DNA of 64,000 nucleotides. It comes from Ramazzottius varieornatus. Taxonomy: Eukaryota; Animalia; Tardigrada. Shown one piece after another: positions 36,531 to 49,328 of this stretch. Every line of letters starts with the position of its first letter. Position 1 is the stretch's first letter. The stretch covers positions 1,532,827 to 1,596,826 of the forward strand of contig BDGG01000006.1 of the NCBI GenBank assembly GCA_001949185.1, written 5' to 3'. Made by a program: the position numbers and the translations under genes. The notes beneath the pieces are model-generated. The model ran no database searches. It saw only the letters and a program-made list of their open reading frames with translations, and had not been told where the DNA came from.

Positions 36531-39500
36531 ATGGATACTGGGTCGGTTCCCCAGCCGAAAGAGGCGACCTTGATGAGACCGCCATACGATCCGAACGCAA
36601 CGATCTCGTAAGCTTACATGAATCTGGACCCAACTTTTCTCCAACGTGTTCACTTTCCCTCTGGGGTTGCAGGCTTCCGGCACCATGTTACCTGATTGGG
36701 CAGATGGAATTAGTCTATATTTATTTTGGCGCGGGTTTCTGGATACCCATCCTCGCATTAATCTACGTCCAGTTCGCGCGCATCAAGCGGTTTCTAGGGA
36801 AGAAGCTCCTTCAGAATCGGCTAACCCGTCAACACGTGGAAGGCGCTGTTGAAGAGGAGCTCGAACCCAAGAAGAAACTGGCGGCAACAGGGGAGGATCG
36901 CTTCAAACAGCTAATAGCGGCAAAGGCTAAGCAATCCCGGTTTACATTGGCTATGATTGAGGCGGCTTCCCCACAAAGCCTTCTCGGACAGGCTATGGTG
37001 CGTACTGTGGTCAAGATTATCAAGATTATTTCGTTTATCACAGCCGATTACTGGAAGAAAAATGGCGTGTTTAGATGGGTGTGGCTGTACTGTGCAGTGG
37101 CATATCTTTAGCCATTTATTTGTCGGCGGTCACATTGTAAGTTTTATACTGTTCCGAGATCTTCATAATCCTGAATGTGGACCATTTTCTACACCCCCAC
37201 TTTTTCCAGCCCGTCGCAAAGCGTGGAATACTGTGGAACCATGCCGAACGCGCATCAGCCGATCGATCTCCTGGCCAACATTTACCTGCTGGTCTATTTT
37301 GTGATACGCGTAAGTCTCCTGACGATAAACATGCCAGAACAAACGGGTACAGTCCAGACTCAAGACAGTATAGAAAGCAAGATTAATATTGTCTTTCAGG
37401 TTCTTGGGAACGAGAAAAAACTGGACATCGTCCTGCATTCTATGCATTCCATTGTGGATTACTTCACGATACCGGGTGTCATATTGAGCATTGTGCTTGA
37501 TCGCTATTTCATCGGTCTGCGTACTTTTCCTCATGTACTCCACCGTTCATGTTGCGCCCATATTTTTGTACATTATTTGATATCGATAGGTTTTGCGTTC
37601 TTCCGCGCATACAATTGTTTATGGATCGTTGATCTGTTGGCTAACCGCGGCATACTGCGTAACGTGAATACAATCCAATTGGCGCATTTGGTTCTGCTGG
37701 TGATTTCGGTCCTAATGATTTCCTCTGGGTTTTTGCACCTGGTGGAAAATATGGGCGATCCCTGGCTGCTGGCGACATCTGGACCGTACAATGGGCAGCT
37801 CATTTCTTTCTGGAGATGTTTCTTGTACCTGTATGGTCGTGTCACCCTTCTGGACCTGAGCGGCATGCGAATTCAGACTATGGTACGTCGGCTGTCTCTT
37901 CCTTACATCCATAGATTCACCGGACTTTTGTGTACAGCTTGGAAGGATCATTATCTACGGATTCCAGATCCTGGCGTTGGTAAGGCTTCCAGTCTTTCAT
38001 TCAATGATGGTAGATTTCGGAGATGTTCGGGGTGCTTATCCGTAGGGCATCGTCAGCAAAGCCATACCACAGATTATTCTCCGGATGAAAGTTGTACCCC
38101 AGTTTTTCGACAAGACATACCAAGTGCCGGTATTGTCCTTGTGAGTTAGTATTTCCTGTCGCAGCAGAAGTGTTTTGGGTGAAGTCGGTTGTCCGTCTTC
38201 TGGCAGGCATCTGGTTGTTTGCGGACACGTGCGAGTGGGTCCCATGACATCATTCCTGAAAGAGTTTTACAACGAGGACCGCGAGCTCAGCGAGTATTTC
38301 CAGATCGTCATACTGGACGAGTCAGAACCTGACGACGCCATGAGTCGCTTGCTGGAACTGTATTACAACCGACTCGACTACCGCAGGGGTTCCGTCATGA
38401 AGAGCAAGGACCTTCACCGAGTCAAAGTAATGGAAGCCGAAGCTGTGCTCATCCTCGCCGACCGAACGACTAGCGACATCGACGCCGAAGATGCCGCAAA
38501 CATCATGCGCGTAGTATCCATTAAGAACTACAGAGAGAATGCTCGTGTCATTGTACAAGTTCTACAATACCAAAACAAGGCGAGAAAGTCTTCTCGCAAT
38601 CTTCGAAAGCCTGGTGTGAAAATATCGGACCGAATGATTTCAGTGCGAAGATACATCACATTTTACAGGCGTACTTGCAAAACATACCCAGCTGGTGTCC
38701 GAAGCATGGTGATGTCTGTCTGTGCATCGCGGAACTGCGTTTGGGTCTTGAAGCGAGAAGTTGTCTGGTACCCGGCTTTTCTACCCTAATGGCCAATTAT
38801 TTTACAACGCGCTCGTTCAGCGAAGACAGAAAGGTAAGCTACCGTACTAATGTCATCGCATATGCCGTTCCATAGGCGGCACCGAGCGCTTTTTCAAGTA
38901 ATCGTCTGTTTACTCTAGTATACCGGTACTTGGATGGATGAATATCTGCACGGCACTTCGCTGGAGCTGTATTCAAGGACTTTTGGCCAAGCTTTCCACG
39001 GACTGACTTTCGCTCAAGCGTGCGAGTAAGATGAAGTAGTAGAGAGGCTGCAATTTACGTAGAGAAACCAAACAAACGAAAACTAATCAATTTTGAAAAT
39101 CACAGTTTGTAAAAGGAATCGCTGAAACCTTTGAGAGGTTGCAAGAGACGCGGCAGTTGGAGGAAAAAGCTAAAATAAACGACTGAGGCTAGCCATAGTA
39201 ATTAGCTTGATAGAAAGTGCTGACCAAAGTGCATTTTGAATGTCTGATTGTCTGGAGTGGAGGTCCTGCGCTAGCCGGGGACGAATTACGCTTCCCGGTG
39301 CTTATTGCCAGCCAGAGAAAAACTGAGGGCAGTTCGGGAAAATTCTAAATCGGCGGAACGCTCCTTCGGGGTTCACGAGAAACGCCCCCTCCCCCCCCAC
39401 TCGTTTCTGCAATCGCGAAGCGAATTGCTCAACTTGAATTTCGAAACATCCCTAAATCTAATCGTTTTGTCCAAACTATCGTTTGTTCAAACCATCTGCA

Positions 39501-41824
39501 CAAAGTGTAACTTCTCTAGTGTACTGCTTTACTGACTGCAGCATCATCAGCACATGCTCGTTCTGTTTAAGGTTTTGTTACCGGCGGTTGAAAGTCCTTC
39601 TGATAGCTCTCCACATCAACCCAGATGACCCTTTGACGTCCCCACAAATAAATCCACCACCTTCAGTCAAAATAACGGGGTCGACCTATGGATATTTTGT
39701 TGCTGATTCAACGGTCGAAGTTGACCGGTATGTTTAGTGCCGTGTGGCCAGGAGCAATCGCCCATTGGTTCTGCGAATAAATCCAAAAGATGACGTGGTA
39801 TTTACCTTATATTTTTTCAGTGTCTTCCACTACTGTGCGACCTGCCACAGTGATTTCTCGGATCTGGCGAACATCAAGCAGTGCAAATGTCGACGTGAGT
39901 GTCTTTCAGATTTTACAGCAACTCTCGGCATACCACCTGACCTGCGCTACGGTACTTTAGACGCTGAGGGCAGCACACTCATTTATGAATCGAAGACTTC
40001 GGTGTCCACCCCTCGTTCACCACTTCTTCGCATGCTCTCGCAACGGAAAGGAACAGAGATGGAGTCGAAGTTGTGGACTTACATGTGCCACTATCCTAAT
40101 GCGTAGGCCGCTCACCACCTGTTTTAAAATAGACCTTATGTCGCTTGAAAGCGGCGACGACAATTGTATAGTATATACCCAAGTGGATTTACTTGTCCTT
40201 CAGCGACGCAAAGCGAACAAATCAGTCGAAAGACAATCCATCGACAGACCAGTACGACTCAACCGGCAACTTTCATTGGTGCACGCCGATTCCCTTTAGC
40301 ACCTGCGTTCTGGTAAAGTGCTGCCAGGAGCGGGCTATAACAGCGTACCAGATCACCGTCAAGTAGAGGTTCACTAAGCCAAAGTTTTCTAGGATCGCCA
40401 CCAAGCAGCTCTGACGTCCTTCCGCGATCACATCGTCCTGTGCATATTGTCCCAACCGTATTCTCAGAATATTGGGATCGCTAGCTTTGTTCTACCCCTA
40501 CGCACCAGTAGCTTCCGTAGGGAAGACTTGAGAGACATAGTCGTCCTGGGCGATCCCGAATTATTGGAACGCGAATGGCCGTATCTTTGTAACCTACCCG
40601 GGATCTACGTCGTCCAGGTACCTCGAGAATGAAATGTAATTTCTTTGATGTCAAAGTGCACGCCACCTGGTGGGAAATGATTCATTGCTGATTGAATGTG
40701 TTTTTTATCAGGGCTCCGCATTGAACAGGTCGGATCTGCGGGCTGTTCACCTCAACACCTGCCAAATGTGCGTCATGCTGGGCGCACCTGGCTCAAGCGA
40801 CCCGAACGCCGCTTCCGGTAGTGCTGCCATCGACAAGTCCGTCATCTTGGCCACCTTGAATGCCCGAGCTATGCGCTTCTCGGACGAAGAAAATAAAATG
40901 CACCTCCATTCCAGAAGTGAGAAAGCCGGTACTCTGAACACAAACTAATTGCAAGGCGCGAACAGCGGACAACTTTTCTGTGGTCAAGAACTGATTGCTT
41001 GTAGGTAAATACAAAGGTGTATACGAGGATCATAAAATCACGAAAGTTCGCGAAAATGGATACGAAGTACCTTTGCTGACGGATCTGAGTAAGTCAAATC
41101 TTTCAGACATATAGACACTGTACTGACTCTAAGCATGGTCATTTGTTTCCATCTTCGCCAAATTTTAGCAAGGGAATCCAATGTCCAGTTTTTGGAGTCG
41201 GATGACATGGGGGAGGACCTGCCCGGCACAGAGTTCTACTTGACACAGCCCTACGCTGGTGGCAGGGCATTTGCCACCAGTGTGCTGGACATGCTGATGA
41301 TCACGTCTTTCTTCACCCCTTCCATTGTCAAGATCTTCCACAGCTTGGTCTTCGGTGGCGCATCACTTGAGCTCGAACGACTTCTTGCGGAGGGTGCCGG
41401 TTTGATCGGCGGACCCGGCATCTCGAAGACGACAAAGGCTGATAACCAAGTGGTAGTAAGGCAGATACCAGTCGACAGCCCTCCCTTCCGTGTCTACGCG
41501 GTAAGTTGCCACAACCGGTCCGAGCTTTAGTGAGTCTGAAACCACAGTACATTCGATCAATCTTAGGGATTGCCGTACGGTGGCCTTTTCCTGGATGCGC
41601 TGGTTAACACGAATCTACTCATTCTGGGACTTTACCGATGCATAGAGGATGGCGAAGGTGGACTACTCTGCGATAAACGTTACGTAGTTTCCAGCCCGCC
41701 AGAAAGCTTCGTTGTTCGGGCCAGCGACCTGGTTTTCGTGCTGCAGAGAGCCGACTGGCAATCTCCTGAATCGACGACCCAACAGCGATCAGTGTCAAGA
41801 CTCGCGGACGTGAATATACTTTAG
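36531..41824 (+). CDS. Divergent Slo1/BK-family channel subunit lacking the K+ selectivity filter; roughly 18-20 exons
   Basis: Exons splice in frame to give S0-S6 ([22 protein letters not shown]), RCK1 ([28 protein letters not shown]), [18 protein letters not shown]2 ([32 protein letters not shown]); the RCK1-RCK2 linker and one RCK2 loop exon were not fully resolved. Confidence 0.92.
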
Positions 41825-42639
41825 TACAACCCCTGTTGCTTGACTGCTTTCTGAGTTTTAGACAGCGCTCAACATGATATACATTTGTTTTTCAGGTTGA
41901 TTCCGTAAGGATGAGAGATGCCGCGGCAAAGGTTTCGCGCGATCCAAGCTTCAGAAGCAGCGTTAGATTATGGATGATGTAAAGGATTCACGGTGTTACA
42001 ATACCACATGTATGTCTTCTTACAGTGTTCGATTATACAGACAAGATCTAAACTTTTCAGATATTGTTGTCTTTTTACGCAGCCAACATTCCATCAGAAC
42101 GCCGCAAGCGAAAATTTACCGAGTACTTTACTCGTTTATGTCTCGATTCACTGCTTTCATGATTCTCGATCATATTAGTTTTGGCATGCAAAACACTGCC
42201 AGCTGACAGTCACGTTTTGTGGAAGTCACACTTTGAATTTCCGTACAGCTGGCATGGGTTTCCGCACCTGTGCCTGCAGTTTATGCGCGATTCTTTCACA
42301 CTGACTCGATCGAACAGCGCGCTCAAGAGGCACGGTCAAGTTTCGCCCCCCCCCCTACAACACCGCCCAATCAGTGCCTTCCCACGCGACCCGAAAATTT
42401 GCTGACCCTCCGAGCCTTCGAGTTCCACCACTGTAATGGATCATTACGTTGTGGAGAAACACTTGTTGAATTTTGCGAAGGCAAAAGAGATCGGACAAAG
42501 AGTTCGAGACTTTCATCGGGGAAAACGTTAGAGGGAAGGAGAGGAACAAGAAACCATTTGCTGGTCAAGATGACTGCGAAATCTCGATTCGATTCGCATG
42601 GATTTTATTCCCATTCCCACTGGTTCTCACTTCTTACTG

Positions 42640-43094
42640 ACGCATCGCCATAACTGCTGCGCAGTTTCAGCTTGATCCATGGCGGCGAACCATCCAAGCT
42701 GGTCGAAAAAGCACACGGCACAGTCTTGAATGAGGAAGGTTGTCCGCTTCACCAAATCTCTTTATCGGGGAAGGAACCCACCAGAAACGCTACAAAACCA
42801 GAACTCGATGCCTAAGAACCCAGCTTTGACTCCATCGGCCCAGGTACGTGCAAGCAATAAATATCACGTTTCGACGGTTCGTTCTGCGGAAAGCGGAGCC
42901 TGATTACATTCATGTCTACTCTAGAACCGCGAGTACATGTAGTAGAATGCGTAGTCTGCATGTCAAAGATGCCGAAGACAGTATTCGCTCCTTGTAATCA
43001 TCTGCACACATGTTATGTGTGCCGAGAAGCTACTGTATTCAAGAGCGATAACAGACATTGCCTGACCTGCCGTGGAGAGACTGAGCGTTGCTGA
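42640..43094 (+). pseudogene. Degenerate KH/RING gene, paralogue 2
   Basis: KH-like SLIHGGEPSKLVEKAHGTVL..ISLSG, then an intron and RING CVVC..APCNHLHTCYVC..CLTC. Confidence 0.55.
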
Positions 43095-43264
43095 CGCGTC
43101 TGGAATTGAGATAGACAGTCATCTTTGAAACGACTGAGACACCATAAAAAAGGCTCGCGGTAAAACCAATCTTTAACTGACGCGCTTTTGTTCTGTCGGT
43201 TCTCTGGTTTGGTTCTTCTGACAGCTAGGTTCACAAAGTCCGGCGTTATACCGCCTTCAGAAAG

Positions 43265-44927
43265 CTACCCTTTACGGCGCTGTAAAATCGTCTGAACTTC
43301 CTGCACCGAGCGACCTTTGGTCTCAGGCAATCGAAAGTATAAAAATGTCGAAGATACCACCAGAAAGCCGATAAAGATTAAGAAGATGTATTCTTCGGCA
43401 ACAGCCACCACCACCGGAAAGGCAAACGTTGTCACGAGTGAGCCCGTCCACGCTGACACACCTGTCCATGTCATGGCGGAAGCGCTTGCCTCAGGTCCGA
43501 ACAGCTCCGTAGGCAGGTTCCATGGCACAGAGAACGGTCCGATTCCATAGCACGCCATGAACAGGAAAACGCATGCCACACTAGCGTACTGTGTCCAGAC
43601 GTGGCCTTGTTTCGTCAGCGCCATACACATCACGAGCAAAGTCAAAGCCAATGTTTCCACTGCGTTAGCTCCCAGGAGCAATGTTTTCCTACCGGCTTTC
43701 TCCATCAGTACGGAACCTAGTAAAGAAAAAACGAGCAGCACTGCGAAAAGTCCGATAGTAGCGTAAACAGCGTCGAGTTGAGTCAGGCCGACACGGTTGA
43801 AGATTGATGTAGAGTAAAAAGCAATGCTCAAGTATCCGGAAAATTGCTGGGAAATCATGGCGACAGCGCAAAGGATGAAGGTTGACCGGCGGAAGGAAGA
43901 CTTCCAAAAGCCGAGTAGGGAGACTTGGTTCTGTACTGCGTGGTCCAGATCATACTGAATGCTTGCTAATTCTTTCTCAACGTCTTCGGTTCCTCGTAGC
44001 CAAATTAGAGCCCTTCGAGCTCCCTCAGGATCTTTGGAGTCCTTGAGTAAGAGACGTGGACTGGCAGGGCAGAATGGTAGAGCCACAGAAAAAATCAAGA
44101 CGGGTACTAGTGGAATCACAATGAGTATCGGCCAGCTGTCCTGCGATCCGAGAATCATTGGTAGGCTGAAGGTGGTCCCAAATATCATACCGGCGACGTA
44201 CATACTGTAACAACACGACAGTCCAAAACAACTATCCTGAAAGGCAGTTCTCACATTGTCGTGACTCTGTACTGGCTTACATCATAGGAATGCTCCCCAC
44301 TGTACCACGCAATGTCGGAGGCGTGAGCAGCGAGATGTACAATGGTGCTACCACGCAGATGAAGCCCATCGAAGCTCCCGCAATCAGCCGGCCAGCAATT
44401 AGCAGCTCAAAGGAAGAAGCCCATTTGGACGTTGCGAACATGACCGTCCCCGCAGTGAAGACTACATTGGTGAACAGCAGCGAGCCCTTCGTGCCTAGCT
44501 TATTAATGACCAATGTGCAACCGAAGGTAGCCACCAATCCTCCAACAGTAATGACTGACGAAGCAATCGCCCAGATGGTGTTCAGCTCTGCATTTTCTCG
44601 GAGGATATTGGCTTCGTCCTGCGGAAGGTAGTGTCGACACCACAGGTCCGTACTCTCGGAGTCGTTGTAGCTTATTCCGGTGGACCCACCTAGTCTTTCG
44701 CATTTGACCGATCGAATCCAGTTGACGATGATAGACTGAAGCCCGTTCAGAGCCACCAGCAGGTATCCCATGACAAACCATGTACCGAAAGAAACAATGA
44801 ACGCAACAGACAGCAGAGAAAATGTCAACTTATCAGCTGGCTTCTGGCTCGTCGTCATCCTCATGCCGAACCCGTCGGTGAGCGGGAGAATCTCGCTTTT
44901 CCTGATGCAGTGATGTTTTGATGACAT
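43265..44927 (-). CDS. SLC2/GLUT-family MFS sugar-porter homologue; 2 exons (intron 44205-44280)
   Basis: ELLIAGRLIAG, PLYIS..PPTLRG, PASPRLL, QQFSG, EKAGRKTL, PW..TELF, LPETKGRS; start at 44927 or 44864. Confidence 0.92.
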
Positions 44928-46049
44928 TGGAAGGGCTTCGCCGAGAAGCTAATGTTCCAGGCATCGTCTGGAAAGACTGTCCTATTTTTAATCGACGGTC
45001 AGTCGTAAAATATGTTAAAATTTCCAATTGCATGCCGAGCAAAGGTTCATGCTGCCAAGCATTCTCAGAGTCTTATCTGAACACGTCGTAAAATGATTTC
45101 TAGATAGAAAAATCAACACGTGCGAATTATCGTGGGATATTCAAAAGCGTCTCAATCTGGTTTTATCATGCTGAGAGTATCTGAATTTCCTTCGAAGGAA
45201 ACCACAATATTTTGCAAAACGAGAAATGATTGTTCTCGGATACCTGCTGAGAACGCCAGCCGGCTTTGACGCTGCTTTCGCAACTGACGACTTTCCAACC
45301 TGAAAACGGTTCGGTATCGACTTGCAGTCGACACAGTGGGAAAACTTCAAGCGGCGCACGTTTTTACTACTGTCGCCTGAAAGCGTGCGTCACCTGCAAA
45401 AAACAAAAGCAACTGGATTTTTTTTCGAAGTGACCCATGATTTCGGTGTTATTGGCTGAGAACTTAAGCCACTTGTAAAAGCAGCTTGTCGAGTTTGTTT
45501 TCCCATTGTGCCGGCACGTTTACGGCTGCCTTTGATGTTCCGGACGATTTACAAATGTAATGAGCGAGTTGCTGCGGAGGTTTCAGTCCCTTCAAAGCCG
45601 CGTCGACAGCCTTTCCTTCGCCATAATGAGCTTTCATCCAGCTGAGAAAAATGATACCTCGTTGATCGATATCTGCGGATATTGTTTGCTGCTGTGGAAG
45701 GAACGAAACATACCTTGCGGATGAGATTTTCAGATCTAGATTTTGGTCAGTACTTGACACAGTGTTGCATATGAAAGGTCTTCCACGTCGAGTTTGTTTA
45801 CTGGACTGCACTTGCTCGCCAGCAAGTGCTGTCCAGTGAATTTCGAAAGTGCCCAGCGGTACAAGAAATTCGAATGCTGAAGGACAAACACGGCACGAGG
45901 TAACGAGTATTCCGTTTCAGAAAACCACCGCCGAATTACCCATCTCATATTTCAATGATTTTGACCTCTAACAAAGGGATCAATGTAATGCTGATCCACA
46001 AAATAGGATCGCTGGTGGATAGAACAGAGTTTCTTTCATCCCCAGAGTC

Positions 46050-46218
46050 AATAGCCTAGACCCATTTCAGTTCCGGGAATACACTACAGGACGCAGAAGT
46101 GACGAAAATTTAGCCGCATTATGATTGATTGGATGACTGATTGCGCTGATTGTGTCATTATTTCGTCACTTCCGTGTCCTGTAACTTACTGCCGGAACGG
46201 CAATGCGTCTAGGTTATT
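46050..46218. repeat. Palindromic MITE
   Basis: AATAGCCTAGAC..TACAGGACGCAGAAGTGACGAAA versus TTTCGTCACTTCCGTGTCCTGTA..GTCTAGGTTATT. Confidence 0.7.
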
Positions 46219-48705
46219 AGCCCAGCGCTTACTTACGTGACAACGCTATCCCTGGGCTAGGCGCGTAGAACCAGAGCGCGTCGGTTCGATTCACCGTTCA
46301 TCCTTTTTGCTTTATCCTCCACGAAAATGTGTTAATCCAGTGAAAATCATAACTATTTTTGAGGTCTTTGCTTTCGTTTCTGTTTAAAATCTGACTTTGA
46401 ACATTCGGAAGAATTTCTTCGAGAAAGAAAGCACTTCCTATAATAGGATTCATGGACCTAGCTGCACAGAATTCGTCGCAAATTTCGAACAAGCAACATC
46501 GGAGAAATAATAATTGGCATGAATGGCATCTAGAGCCCAAGAAATCACGACTAAAAGGAAGGAAATTCAACACTGGTGGCGTCTAAAATCATCGCTGGAA
46601 GGATTTCTCCGAAATGCAGCCTAGCACGTGTCGGCCAAAGAAAGTCACCGAATTACTCCGCTCTTGCAACCGATGTAGCTGCCTCGAGCTTTCGTGAATA
46701 TCCTTCAGCGTTTCCTGTGAAAGAAGCAAATCCGAAAATTCAAAAATAGTACAGGCTTCTGTAAATGCCAGCAGTTTCCTACTTTTGATGTGATGGTGCT
46801 GTGGGGTAACAGCTTCAAAGTAACGAAGAGTTTTGCTGAGGCAGCAGCAATATCAGTCTTGAGGGAATGGAGGATGTCTCGCCGTATGTCGTTATTCTCA
46901 TGTCGAAGTGCACGGCGATGGGCAGATGGTATCCTCACAGGTTCCGTTTCTCCAATGGGAATATAGTCCGAATTAGAGAACGTACTGGAGGCGAAGGCAG
47001 ATGTCGAGGTAGTCGAAACCGAGAGATGATCCGAGTGGCGATCGTAGTCGTCTCCATCGTCGTTCACTTCGGCTGGCACGATAACAACCTTCTCGGCTGG
47101 AATGTAGTTCTCGTTCTCCATGCTCGTCCTTCTATCCCAAGGCTACAATTTCCGTCTTGAATGCCAACCAGCAATACAAGAAATCACGGCGCGGAGGTAA
47201 AAACCAGAAGCTTCAGAAATTTAGAGCGAAAAATCAATCTCGATATTGGCGTTCTCAAATCTCAAACAAGCCGAAACCAGTCTGCCAATCAGTCATAAGT
47301 TTTCTGCTGGTGCCCGCTCCGATCGACCGACGGAACCACCTGTTGCAGTTTTCGCTCCGCCCACTCACAGGGTTGAGTCAATCACCCCTCGTTCCACCTG
47401 GTTTAACCGGGCGAGTTCAAAAACTTTTGTTTTGGAAAGTGGAACTGCCATTTCTAAGACTTGAGTCGTTATAGCGCTGACGTTTTTGCCGACAACCGTG
47501 CAAACTTCTCATTTCTGCCTCCTGACCGCCAGGAAATCTGGGAGGATCAAGAAGATCGTGAGAAGTTCTAATGCCATGAACCGAAAATACTGGAACGGAA
47601 CCCTGGCCGGAGAGTACCTGTGCATCCGACCCTTCTTCACCTGCTACGCGTCAGGTTCGCAGACCAAGTTGCAGGAGCTAGAAGTGGGAGAGCTTTACCA
47701 GAACCTCAATTTGGACCTGAAATCGCGAAACTTCGTTCAAAATCGGGTTGGTCACCTCCTGGAATCGAGATGGTTTGCTGCTCTACAAAGCATTGTAACT
47801 GACAGCGAAGCTGGTCCTGTAACCCTTGAAGGTGGACAGATTGTTACTCACGAGGATCGCTTTGAACGTTGTCTCTACGGCCCTCTCAGGACAGGAGAAC
47901 TGAGGGAATATTCGTTTATCACAACGAAAAAAGAGCGATTCGAAAGATTTCTCAGCTTGTGGGCGGATTACGTTCGATCGCTGAATATCGGTAAGTGTAC
48001 TCTACCGCGGCGTTTCTTATCCTCTAATAGAATATCGCACGAACGTCAGACCAACTTATGGTATCTTACAGGGGATCTTGTGCACGTGTGGTATGACGAT
48101 ACGAACGTCAGCGGACGCTTCCGATGCAAGAGCCTGTTCTTCGACGTGCCATTCCCTCAGGGAATCACGAAGCCCGACATGTGGATAGGCATCGAGTTGT
48201 CTGGAAAATTCATCGGCAAAGGAAATTCGGACGGTACTTTCAACGGCGTTCGCTACTTTACTTGCGCTGAAAACGGTGCTTTGTTTGTTTCGTACGAAGC
48301 GATAGCCTGGAACTGCGTGAAATGCACTTGCGGTAACTCGGCAAAGCATCATCAATGCTCGATAGTCATCGAAGCGGTCAAAACAATCGACAACATGGTT
48401 CGAACGCTGCAACAAGACAAGTTCTTTCTGATGCCCAACCGCAAGTTGACCGTCGAAGTAAGTCATTCTGTCTGTAGAAAGAAAAGTCAAGTTTTGCCTA
48501 TTTCTAAGGTTTGACACAATCGATTGCAGAAACTGGAAGACGACTTGGACCAAGAGTTACCCTATGAACATACTGCACTCGTGATTTGTGTTTCGGTGGC
48601 TTAAAGTCTGATTGATGAATACGGGCAGGAGAAGCATCTGCAGAACGTAGAGGTGTCGCGAGATCTTCCAGGTGTTCGACTGCTGCGAGTAGACATGAGG
48701 GTGGT

Positions 48706-48755
48706 NNNNNNNNNNNNNNNNNNNNNNNNNNNNNNNNNNNNNNNNNNNNNNNNNN
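48706..48755. other. Assembly gap (50 N)
   Basis: Run of N; ACATGAGGGTGGT occurs on both sides. Confidence 0.99.
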
Positions 48756-49328
48756 ACATGAGGGTGGTGTGGTTTCACCACACCACACCGAAAAAACCAC
48801 TCTTTTTGGCTTCGGTGTGCTTGAAACACCAAATCGAAAAATTGGTGTCCGAGTCACAACGAATTTGCCGTTTCGGTGTCGAGGAACAGCACATCACACC
48901 AAACCGAAAAACTTTTGGTGCACCAGATTTAATGAGCTAGTCAGCTAGCTTGGGCTAGATGAGTATCGCAAACTCGCTGTTTCGCCCCGTGGTTGATTCG
49001 ACTAACTGTTGATTGTTTAAGCTGCGAAAATTTACCTGTGTGGAATGTTTTCTTCCGAATTCGTCTGTATTACATCTTGCCATCTTTCGACGGTTCTGTT
49101 CGTTCTTTCTGAATTCAGTTCGATTTGTCGATGACGGATTAATAAATTGTGAATTCGCTCTTTGAAACTTTTTTCGGTTTTTCGATTTGGTTTAATGTGG
49201 TGCACCGAAAGAGTGGTGTCCGATCCACACCACACCGGAAAAAGTGGTGTGGCTTCCGCACCGAAAAACCAGTTTCGGTGTGGAGAAGCACCGAACCGAA
49301 AAACACCACACCACACTTAATCACACTT
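48756..49328. mobile_element. CACCGAAA-rich MITE-like insertion
   Basis: Many CACACCGAAA / TTTCGGTGTG repeats at both ends; right terminus CTTAATCACACT. Confidence 0.6.

Noticed and set aside
45464-45948. Minus-strand ORF with HYGEGKAVDA, resembling HGKG.xDG transposase motifs
   Set aside because: Too short and decayed to assign; no termini found
48690-48770. Direct repeat ACATGAGGGTGGT around the gap as a TSD
   Set aside because: It flanks an N gap and is more likely an unmerged contig overlap
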